A DNA stretch of 32,000 nt. It comes from Psychrobacter sp. DM4. Lineage in GTDB: Bacteria; Pseudomonadota; Gammaproteobacteria; Pseudomonadales; Moraxellaceae. The stretch covers positions 1,380,001-1,412,000 of the forward strand of contig NZ_CP195536.1 of the NCBI RefSeq assembly GCF_051307035.1, read 5' to 3'. Made by a program: the position numbers and the translations under genes. How positions within the stretch are numbered: the first letter of the stretch is position 1; each line of letters starts with the position of its first letter. Shown piece after piece: positions 25,053 to 32,000 of this stretch. The notes beneath the pieces were generated by a model. It ran no database searches. It was not told the origin of the DNA and worked only from the letters and a program-made list of their open reading frames with translations.

Positions 25053-25670
25053 CTACCAATGTGGCACGGTAACCTCATCTACCGCATTATTGATACCATA
25101 ACTATTAAACGATCCTTGAGTCTCGTCATCTACCATTTCTTGAATAATAGACAACGCATAGGGTTGATTGTTGCTGATGCTTCGTAAGCTAATATAGGGA
25201 TAGGGTTTATTATCCTGCTTGTGTTTGGCGCAGTGTATCAGCGCCGCATCCAGCGTAATGCCTTTATACTCAGCGAATGCTTCGGCTTGCTTGAGCACGT
25301 TTTTATGGCGGTAGCGTCTGACTATGACGTGCCCTTTGGCTTTGTCACCAACCTCAGCGATGCGCTTCACATGCACGTAGTCGGTTAATCTCTCTAACCA
25401 TTTATCAAGATTAAGGGTTTCTAGATCCTGTTGACTGATAGCTAAAACGCGAAGTTTTAGTCCCAGCTTTGAGGATTTACCTTTTTCATCGAAATGATAA
25501 TCAGGGAAGCTTACCCCTATTGATTTAATGCTATGTACATTGCGAGCTTCAGCCAGTGCAATATGCAACTGAGTAAACAGCTTACTCCAAATAAAATAAG
25601 GCGCTATTTCAGGATCGGGGATGATGGTTATCTCTTGATAATGGGTCAGACTTGAGCGTGAGTCAGTCAT
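25053..25670 (-). CDS. cas6f: Cas6f (Csy4) pre-crRNA endoribonuclease
   Basis: It has Csy4-like landmarks: HYQEITIIPDPE at the N-terminus, IGVSFPD, and the C-terminal VTVPHW. It is 205 aa and is the last gene of the csy operon, next to the leader. Confidence 0.92.
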   Translation of the reverse strand: MTDSRSSLTHYQEITIIPDPEIAPYFIWSKLFTQLHIALAEARNVHSIKSIGVSFPDYHFDEKGKSSKLGLKLRVLAISQQDLETLNLDKWLERLTDYVHVKRIAEVGDKAKGHVIVRRYRHKNVLKQAEAFAEYKGITLDAALIHCAKHKQDNKPYPYISLRSISNNQPYALSIIQEMVDDETQGSFNSYGINNAVDEVTVPHW

Positions 25671-25673
25671 GTA

Positions 25674-26693
25674 TTACTCCTTACCACTAGCACCAAAGAC
25701 GCCGCCACGGATCAGTACGCCCATGACATAATGTTGTTGTTCAACCTCAGGTATTTTGTCTTGTAACACCCAGCTATCGAACAAGCTATAAAAATCCATA
25801 TTATCTTTTGGTTGACGAAACGCCGTACCCAAAGTAGTTACCGCACCATATGGTTCAATAGCAATGGGAAACTGGGCATCAGGATACCAGTTGTCTATAG
25901 TACGAATGGCATTACTAACCTTTTGGGAGTGCATGCCAGCTTTGTCATTGACGGTATAAAGTATTTTACTTTTAGTCTTGCCCGTATCAAGGACTAGCTC
26001 TTGTGAGGGGTAGACCTCTTGACCATAGCCCATAACTGCGGAAGCTTTGACATAGAGTATGATAAAGGCGCTGCCATCAAGCCCTTGTTCAATAAGGCTG
26101 GCAAGTTGATTTAGATCATCACTACTCTTGGAACTACCATCAAAGTCATGCATTGATATAGATTTTGCATCAAAATTAAGACTGTGTTCTTTTTCACCTA
26201 CTTTGCAGCTAACTTCAACCTTTACATGCTCAGCACCAACACGGTTACGCCATAACCAACGAGCGTTTGCGATGTTAGTGGCATAACGACGAGCCAACTC
26301 ACTCACGCCTTGAGTCTCGATGTAGCTTTGCACAGCAGCTACTAACGCTTTCTGGTAATCTTGATCGTTACAGACACTTGGCTTACCTGTGAATGGCAAT
26401 ACCTTGCAGCTCCAAGTCACTACTAAAGTATCACTGGTTTCATCTAAGGACGCCGAATCTACCGTTTGTAAATTGGCTTTTTGAATCTCGGCATCTAGTT
26501 TGGCAGGATCATTAGCGATAGCCTTTTTCTGACGATTACTAATCGTACCGCGAACCGATTTTTCATTCACTTTGACAGGAATGGTTTTGGTAGTGGTGTT
26601 TTTACTATCGTTTTGAGCAAAAAAGGCATCTGAGATGTCTAAGTTACGCTCAAACGCTAATACTGAGGCGGTTTTTAGGTCGGATTTTGACAT
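25674..26693 (-). CDS. cas7f: Cas7f (Csy3) Cascade backbone subunit
   Basis: It shows close similarity from memory to P. aeruginosa Csy3: TASVLAFERNL, EKSVRGTISNR, DPAKLDA, ANARWLWRNRVGAE, GQEVYPSQELVLD, EQQHYVMGVLIRGGVFG. The start was set at ATG 26693 (MSKSD), with GGAGAA upstream. Confidence 0.95.
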   Translation of the reverse strand: MSKSDLKTASVLAFERNLDISDAFFAQNDSKNTTTKTIPVKVNEKSVRGTISNRQKKAIANDPAKLDAEIQKANLQTVDSASLDETSDTLVVTWSCKVLPFTGKPSVCNDQDYQKALVAAVQSYIETQGVSELARRYATNIANARWLWRNRVGAEHVKVEVSCKVGEKEHSLNFDAKSISMHDFDGSSKSSDDLNQLASLIEQGLDGSAFIILYVKASAVMGYGQEVYPSQELVLDTGKTKSKILYTVNDKAGMHSQKVSNAIRTIDNWYPDAQFPIAIEPYGAVTTLGTAFRQPKDNMDFYSLFDSWVLQDKIPEVEQQHYVMGVLIRGGVFGASGKE

Positions 26694-26789
26694 GTAATTC
26701 TCCATTTTGTTAAAGGTAAGTTTTAGATCGTTTTAGGATAAGGGTGTAAAACTAAATTTTAAAAACTAGGTATTAAAAACATTTACGTA

Positions 26790-27764
26790 CTACGACAAAT
26801 CTTGATCTTGCGTGACTAAATATAGCGATCGATCAGCATCATAGTGATAGCGCCAAAACGCATTGTTAATTGCGTTCTTACCACTGATATCGTTTAGACG
26901 CTGCGGATAGACCCATTTGCCAAGACTATAAATGGCTTCAACATATTGACTGGCATATTCAGGATTACGTACATTTTGCATCACGCTAGCATCGTATAAG
27001 TCGGAGATACCTTGATAGCCTATAGGCATCGGTACGACCCAACCATGACCACTTTTGCGTGACATCGTAGACCATTTAGTATCACCATTTTTCTGTGTCT
27101 CAGGAATATGATGTAGGGCACAAACGTCTATGAGCGCATCTAAGGTAGTGGCTTCAGGATTATCTTGTTTGATCTCATTAATAATATCTACAAAATCATC
27201 TTGAGCATCCATCAATACAAAGGCGGGTAATAACTGCGGCGTCAGCATACTGATGTCATCTTGATCAACATACTGTACGGGATCAAATCGAGCTAAGCCC
27301 TGTACGCTGCCACCTGCCATACGCTGCTGTTGAATCCATTGAGTCGTTTTTTGAATAAGTTGATTTTGCTGCTCAGGCATTAACTCATCATCGGCTAATA
27401 CCTCTACCACAAAACTCACCACTAATCGGCATTTGCCTTCTTCGATAATAGAAGCCGTTTTGCCATCTTTTTTGATAGGATTGCGCGTTTGATTAAAGGT
27501 GTAATTACTATAACTATTCTGACGATATACTTGCGGCTGGCAGTCATAGCAGGCAATGAGCACACCGCCCAATGATACGCCTGCTAGCGCATCATCCTCT
27601 GTCATCTTGCGCGACATAGCATGGAAGCTACCCACAAACCCAGTGATAGCAGGAAAACCATAGGTAATAGGGCTAGATATGCTATTAGCGCCTTCAATCA
27701 TGACTTTTTTGAACATCAAATAGCCTTTGACACCGATACTGACTTCATCAATTACACGGCTCAT
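26790..27764 (-). CDS. cas5f: Cas5f (Csy2)
   Basis: Csy2-like blocks are present: NSISSPITYGFP, FNQTRNPIKKDGKTASIIEEGKCRL, PEATTLDALIDVC. Its start overlaps the cas8f stop (ATGA). Confidence 0.9.
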   Translation of the reverse strand: MSRVIDEVSIGVKGYLMFKKVMIEGANSISSPITYGFPAITGFVGSFHAMSRKMTEDDALAGVSLGGVLIACYDCQPQVYRQNSYSNYTFNQTRNPIKKDGKTASIIEEGKCRLVVSFVVEVLADDELMPEQQNQLIQKTTQWIQQQRMAGGSVQGLARFDPVQYVDQDDISMLTPQLLPAFVLMDAQDDFVDIINEIKQDNPEATTLDALIDVCALHHIPETQKNGDTKWSTMSRKSGHGWVVPMPIGYQGISDLYDASVMQNVRNPEYASQYVEAIYSLGKWVYPQRLNDISGKNAINNAFWRYHYDADRSLYLVTQDQDLS

Positions 27765-29143
27765 AAAAATACCCCTTTGCCTGCGCGCTCATATCGTTTT
27801 ATCATCTCTTCAATTTCACGCTCCCATTCCAAATGTTCAGGATCACCGAAGTCATTGGCTTTTTGTTTAAACTTATCCTGTAGTAGCGCATTTAGCCAAC
27901 GAGCGAAACCATGAATAATTGATTTATGCCAATCATCACCTGATTCACGTTCCGCTTTAAAGTCCTCTTCACCTTCCAAATCAGCACGTTTAGGATCAAG
28001 CCAAAGCATCTGAGCGCGCTCAAGCTCAGAGTCTTTTGACCAGCCAGCAGGCAAGCTATTACGCAGCTCATCGCTCGCTGAAAATATCTGAAACAAAAGC
28101 TCATCAATGGCATGTTTGCGCGCGTCTCTGACATCGATGATATTGCGAGCTTCTTTGACTGATTGAAAGATATCTTCAATCGCTTCGCGTGCATGATATT
28201 GCAGGCCAGCACCAAAAATACTACGGGCAAATTTAGAGAGTCTAAAGCCTTTGGAGTCTTCGATGGTAGGTGGTGGTAGAGAGGGCAGTAGATAGTTACG
28301 ACCGCCTTGTTTACTCATTAATAAACTGACGTTTTGCGGTTTAGTTCCGCCTAACTGTAAAGTTGCTAATTGGTTTAGAGTCACATAAGGTTTTTGTTCA
28401 GCCGTTTTCTTAAAACGATTATCCCTTGCTGCTTTGTTTTCATCTGAAAATTTTAGATGATTGATTCTTTGATAAACTTCATGGGTAAGTACAGAAGGGT
28501 AGAGTGGAACAATAGTAATGTAGTCAAGCCGCTCTAAATCGATATCTTGATACGCATTGGTGACCCATAATGTTTGTTTGTTACGCTCATGAGCACTAGG
28601 TTGAGTAATGATATTTTGTAGAGCCGTCTTAAAACTATGATGATAGTCTTTGGCAATAGAGGACTCACTAGCTAGTGAGGCAATAAAGTCCGTATTGTCC
28701 ACTAAGATAAGATCACGAATTTTAGTCGTCTCATCAACTTCAAAGTCAAAAAAAGCAGCAAGCGGTAGGGCAGCGGCATTACCATTAGCATCGATATAAT
28801 GACTTTCTATTGAATGCGTGCCAACTAGCGTTTCAGAAAGATTTTCTGTAGCTTTAAAGCTAATATTGTCGCCTTTCACATCAGGATGAACCCCTTTTGA
28901 GATATGCGTACCGAAGTTTAGTTGCTTTGCCATACGAGTGGCTGCATCAGGAATCCAACTAGCGACACTGTATTTTTTTTGAGCGTCTGCTAAAGTTGTC
29001 TTTAACTCTGTAACCTTGTCATAGTCATCACTTTCAATCGCTTTTGCGAGCTGCTTTTGCTCTGTTTCAGTTTTCTTATCGTATTGACTGGCTAGAAATG
29101 CTGTAACAGCAGCGCTTGCCAGCTCTTTAGATATATCTGTCAA
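27761..29143 (-). CDS. cas8f: Cas8f (Csy1) large subunit
   Basis: The Csy1-like block LQLGGTKPQNVSLLMSKQGGRNYLLPSLPP is present (compare FGGTKPQNISQL...WLLPSLPP in P. aeruginosa, from memory). It is 460 aa, with a TTG start 6 nt after GGAG. Confidence 0.9.
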   Translation of the reverse strand: MTDISKELASAAVTAFLASQYDKKTETEQKQLAKAIESDDYDKVTELKTTLADAQKKYSVASWIPDAATRMAKQLNFGTHISKGVHPDVKGDNISFKATENLSETLVGTHSIESHYIDANGNAAALPLAAFFDFEVDETTKIRDLILVDNTDFIASLASESSIAKDYHHSFKTALQNIITQPSAHERNKQTLWVTNAYQDIDLERLDYITIVPLYPSVLTHEVYQRINHLKFSDENKAARDNRFKKTAEQKPYVTLNQLATLQLGGTKPQNVSLLMSKQGGRNYLLPSLPPPTIEDSKGFRLSKFARSIFGAGLQYHAREAIEDIFQSVKEARNIIDVRDARKHAIDELLFQIFSASDELRNSLPAGWSKDSELERAQMLWLDPKRADLEGEEDFKAERESGDDWHKSIIHGFARWLNALLQDKFKQKANDFGDPEHLEWEREIEEMIKRYERAGKGVFL

Positions 29144-29214
29144 AATTGACTCCTTTTATAATAAACAAAAGTTAGTAATAAATTTATTTAAGCACAGAAT
29201 GACATTTATGTAAA

Positions 29215-29236
29215 CCATGTTATAACAAGTATAAGG
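29215..29236 (+). promoter_or_regulatory. CC-PAM plus 20-nt partial target of the mini-CRISPR spacer, in the cas8f upstream region
   Basis: The sequence CC|ATGTTATAACAAGTATAAGG compares with psi-spacer ATGTTATAACTAGTATAAAA. That is 17/20 identical, with 10 contiguous PAM-proximal matches. It lies 74-95 nt upstream of the cas8f start and overlaps the palindromic TGTTATAAC (extended -10-like on both strands). On the minus strand it abuts TTTACA (29209-29214). Confidence 0.5.
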
Positions 29237-29338
29237 TATTGACGTATAAAGTAGTTTTAAACGAATAACGATGTTCCTTAATCAACAGCATGGCTTGGGT
29301 GAACAATCATGTTTGTATAAAGGCGCTCTGTTATAATC

Positions 29339-29414
29339 TTATGACAGCGTATAGCTGGCTTAGAAAATGTTATAACTAGTATAAAATTTCACCACCGCAT
29401 AGGTGGCTTATATC
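29339..29414 (+). ncRNA. degenerate mini-CRISPR (psiR1, 20-nt psi-spacer, psiR2): candidate CreR/CreA-like crRNA-like RNA gene
   Basis: psiR1 (29339-29366) is TTATGACAGCGTATAGCTGGCTTAGAAA. It matches the consensus 19/28, keeps the exact CTTAGAAA handle, and preserves the hairpin through a compensatory C-G to G-C swap. The spacer is 29367-29386. psiR2 (29387-29414) is TTTCACCACCGCATAGGTGGCTTATATC, matching 24/28 with an intact hairpin. An extended -10 TGTTATAAT lies at 29329-29337 and a terminator follows directly. The orientation is opposite to the cas genes. Confidence 0.6.
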
Positions 29415-29417
29415 AAA

Positions 29418-29442
29418 AGCACGGTTCACGCCGTGCTTTTTT
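29418..29442. terminator. bidirectional hairpin terminator shared by the mini-CRISPR (+) and cas3 (-)
   Basis: AGCACGG-TTCACG-CCGTGCT is followed by TTTTTT on the + strand and TTTT on the - strand. It lies 12 nt from the cas3 stop. Confidence 0.6.
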
Positions 29443-29453
29443 ATATCTAAAAT

Positions 29454-32000
29454 TTACTGACGAACAAATCCAAAAAACTCATGAAACCTCCAGCCTCGGC
29501 TATTATGAGGCGTAATACGGTCAAGCGAGGCAGAGGAGTAAGTAATGGCAAGCGAGCGCAAGCTTTTATCAGGTTGTAGCTTTTGGATATCTAGCAGTGC
29601 TGTATTTAGCGAAGTGGTTAGCCATGGCTTAATCTGACTGTGAGTAAATTCAAAATCTAGATGCTGTATGACTGAGTTGTGGACAGTAGAGCGAGCTAAG
29701 CCTTTATCAAACACATCTTCTGCGTAATAGGCATCTAATCCTAAGCTTGGCTCATCGGTTTCGTCATCATGTACCATGCGTGGTATCAATAACCAATCCT
29801 CTTGCGGTGCGCCAGCTCGAAAGGGCGTGATCTGTTGCAAATGGGTATGAAAACGATTGGCATCGGCTATATCATCCCAATAGGCATTGACATAGTTGAG
29901 TTTGGGATTATTCAATAAATGACGCATGACTTGATGTTCAAGATCGCTTAAGGTCTCAATCGATTTATTTGAAGAGCTTATAATTCTAGCTCTAGCATCG
30001 ACTTGCTGGAGCTGTTCTTTGGTTAGCAACTCGTTCAGATCATAACTGGCTGGTTTGAATAGTGCAGTCTCAAAACCTGGATGGGTAAATACTGGTCGAC
30101 TACTCGCGTTTTTGAAATAACGAATATTGTATTGCAGTAGTAGGATATTAGGCTCAGAAGCCACTTTGTCAGGACGATGACGCCACACTCGACCAGCTAG
30201 CTGAATAATAGAGCGCATCGACGAGGGTTCTACGATTGCCCAGTCATAATCATGATCACGGCCTACTTCGGCAACAGGTGTCGCCAACACTACAAAAATA
30301 TGTTTTTTGGTAGGGTTAGCCGCTAACGCTTGCTTAATTTCAGGATGATCAGAGAGCGCAATTTTATTGTTGTTACTAGTACTATCACTACGATCTAAAA
30401 TACGATCTAGCTTGTTCTCTAGAGTATTTCTTAGCAGTAAATTTTGTTTGGCGTGATAACACACCAGATGGATAATGGTGTCGTCAGGAATATTTATTAG
30501 ATCAGCCTTAAATAATTGCATGGCAATGTGATTAATATTATTGACGTTAGCAATTCTGACCAGTCCTATACTTACTTGCGACTCTACATCAGACTGAGTG
30601 CATATTTCATGATGATCATCATGCAAGCTGATAGCGCCATCGATTAGTGTTTGTGCTAGCGCATTGTAAAAAGAATTTTCGGTATCCTTGGTATATTTGG
30701 CACAAAAAGGCAGAACTTGCGCTTGCCGTCTGACAGGTTGCTTGGTCAAATACAGCGCCCGCTTTTCACAAAACGCATTGTGCTGAGTCTCAAAAGCTGC
30801 AATATCATCACATTGCTCAGACATCATGGCTTTGGGCTGCTCATCGAACCAGGCACAAACTACTTTTGGTACTGGCTTATTTTGACTTTGGTTAAACAGT
30901 TTGCGTCCCTCCATATAAGCTTCAAACAGTCCCGCTACCAAATCAGGGGTCAAAGTTGCGGAGGACAGTAGAACGCGCGTGCCAAAAATCCCAGCGAGAT
31001 GCACCAAACGCGTGAGCGCTGGCAAGTCCGCTTGGTCAAAATCATCAGGCTCATCTAAGATTAAATCACTACTAAGAAGGCGTAGCATCGGCGCAATGTA
31101 TTTGCCGCCTCGCTTGCATTCGCTCGCTTGAATAATATGATCAACCGTACAGGTTACAACGGGCGCAAATATTAGGTCACGCGCTTTGGCACTAGCGATA
31201 ACAGTACCGAGATTTAACGCCTCAAAGTCTTGATAATCAATGTCGCTGTTTACGATCTCATCTAACAAGTCCTCGCTGGACTCACTACCGAAACTTTCGC
31301 AATCCTCAACAGGTTTATCGTCACCTGTATATTCACCGATAATATTGGCATATTGATTTGATTGACTATCATATGCCATCTCAAACAACTTTCGGTTAGC
31401 GCTACCACCTACCAATATAGCCAGTTGATCGCCTTTTAACTTTAAATCTTTACGAAAGCTTAGACCTGTTTGCAGGGTCAAAATCCGTAAACCTAATGCA
31501 ATGGTAAAACGAGCGCCTTTTTTTGGATCAGCCAAGGCATACATAATACGAGCGTTACCAATCGTCTTACCAGCCCCTGTCGATGCCATATTCACTCCAA
31601 AAAATCCATGTTCTTGGGTGGTCTCTTGTAATGCATAGGCCATCTTAAACGCTTGATTCTGCCATTTAAAACGCTCAACGCCAGTAGGTTTGGCTAGAGG
31701 ATCATGATTTTTTAGAGTTGGCATCTCATTAGCAATAATAGGCAGTGCGCGGCAGAAATGTGCGGTAAAAGCACCCACGCCTAGTAGATGCTCCTCAAGA
31801 GACTGCTTGATAGCCGATTGACCTGCCGTGCGATCAGTGTTGGCTGCTATATGGTCAAACGATCCATTAACTTTCAGACAACGTGCGTCGTCTTGCTTGA
31901 GGCTAGAGTAGTTATGGTCACCCACCATGAGACATAGGCGAGATAAATGCAGTAAAAAAGGGTCGCTAATGGCTTTTTTATTCCTAACCGCTTGCTGACT
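29454..32000 (-). CDS. cas3: Cas3 (type I-F Cas2-3 fusion expected); N-terminal about 230 aa lie outside the window
   Basis: The frame stays open upstream of the ORF-track Met to the window edge (...FLLHLSRLCLMVGDHNYSS, HD-domain-like). Helicase motifs are present: MASTGAGKT (I), ILDEPDDFD (II), SATL (III), QLAGRVWR (VI). It lies immediately upstream of the csy genes. Confidence 0.9.
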   Translation of the reverse strand, partial: SQQAVRNKKAISDPFLLHLSRLCLMVGDHNYSSLKQDDARCLKVNGSFDHIAANTDRTAGQSAIKQSLEEHLLGVGAFTAHFCRALPIIANEMPTLKNHDPLAKPTGVERFKWQNQAFKMAYALQETTQEHGFFGVNMASTGAGKTIGNARIMYALADPKKGARFTIALGLRILTLQTGLSFRKDLKLKGDQLAILVGGSANRKLFEMAYDSQSNQYANIIGEYTGDDKPVEDCESFGSESSEDLLDEIVNSDIDYQDFEALNLGTVIASAKARDLIFAPVVTCTVDHIIQASECKRGGKYIAPMLRLLSSDLILDEPDDFDQADLPALTRLVHLAGIFGTRVLLSSATLTPDLVAGLFEAYMEGRKLFNQSQNKPVPKVVCAWFDEQPKAMMSEQCDDIAAFETQHNAFCEKRALYLTKQPVRRQAQVLPFCAKYTKDTENSFYNALAQTLIDGAISLHDDHHEICTQSDVESQVSIGLVRIANVNNINHIAMQLFKADLINIPDDTIIHLVCYHAKQNLLLRNTLENKLDRILDRSDSTSNNNKIALSDHPEIKQALAANPTKKHIFVVLATPVAEVGRDHDYDWAIVEPSSMRSIIQLAGRVWRHRPDKVASEPNILLLQYNIRYFKNASSRPVFTHPGFETALFKPASYDLNELLTKEQLQQVDARARIISSSNKSIETLSDLEHQVMRHLLNNPKLNYVNAYWDDIADANRFHTHLQQITPFRAGAPQEDWLLIPRMVHDDETDEPSLGLDAYYAEDVFDKGLARSTVHNSVIQHLDFEFTHSQIKPWLTTSLNTALLDIQKLQPDKSLRSLAITYSSASLDRITPHNSRGWRFHEFFGFVRQ

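Noticed and set aside
27621-28230. 97-aa (+) and 112-aa (-) ORFs inside cas5f/cas8f
   Set aside because: They are embedded in, or out of frame with, strongly supported cas genes and have no motif support.
29271-29336. 21-codon ORF between the mini-CRISPR target and the mini-CRISPR, considered as a creT-like toxin
   Set aside because: It has no Shine-Dalgarno sequence and no run of rare codons or other feature known from CreT RNAs. No clear promoter is placed so that the target site would repress it. It is mentioned only as a place to look.

Overview
All calls come from reading the sequence and the ORF translations. No database search was run, so product names are motif and architecture calls. 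The window (about 40% GC, Moraxellaceae-like by codon usage and CRISPR repeat type, which is inference) has three parts. (1) 1-3100 is an ordinary cluster: transporter tail, LysR regulator, CMD-family protein, aldo/keto reductase. (2) 25053-32000 holds a complete type I-F1 interference module on the minus strand (cas3 partial, cas8f/csy1, cas5f/csy2, cas7f/csy3, cas6f/csy4), followed by its leader. (3) 4026-24858 appears to be a 20.8-kb integrative island inserted inside the leader-proximal 28-nt CRISPR repeat. Repeat nt 1-19 lie at 4007-4025 and nt 13-28 at 24859-24874, with the 7-nt CTATGCG (hairpin loop plus closing pair) present at both junctions. This leaves two spacers (3887-4025) 20.8 kb away from the leader. 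The island has a three-gene module at its right end: two tyrosine recombinases plus a 223-aa partner, Tn554 TnpABC-like or gamma-mobile-trio-like. At its left end it has a Gabija-type OLD nuclease plus UvrD helicase pair. Its cargo is a CDF-type metal transporter, a serine recombinase, a LysR-controlled oxidoreductase cluster, several MITE-like repeats and decayed genes. A second notable item sits in the cas3-cas8f intergenic region: a degenerate mini-CRISPR (psiR, 20-nt psiS, psiR, own promoter and terminator). Its spacer matches 17/20 nt of a CC-PAM-flanked site about 150 bp away, upstream of cas8f. That is the architecture of CreR/CreA-type crRNA-like regulators. Distal to the residual array (3185-3886) lie irregularly spaced repeat relics interleaved with a recurring module that carries a covarying hairpin.
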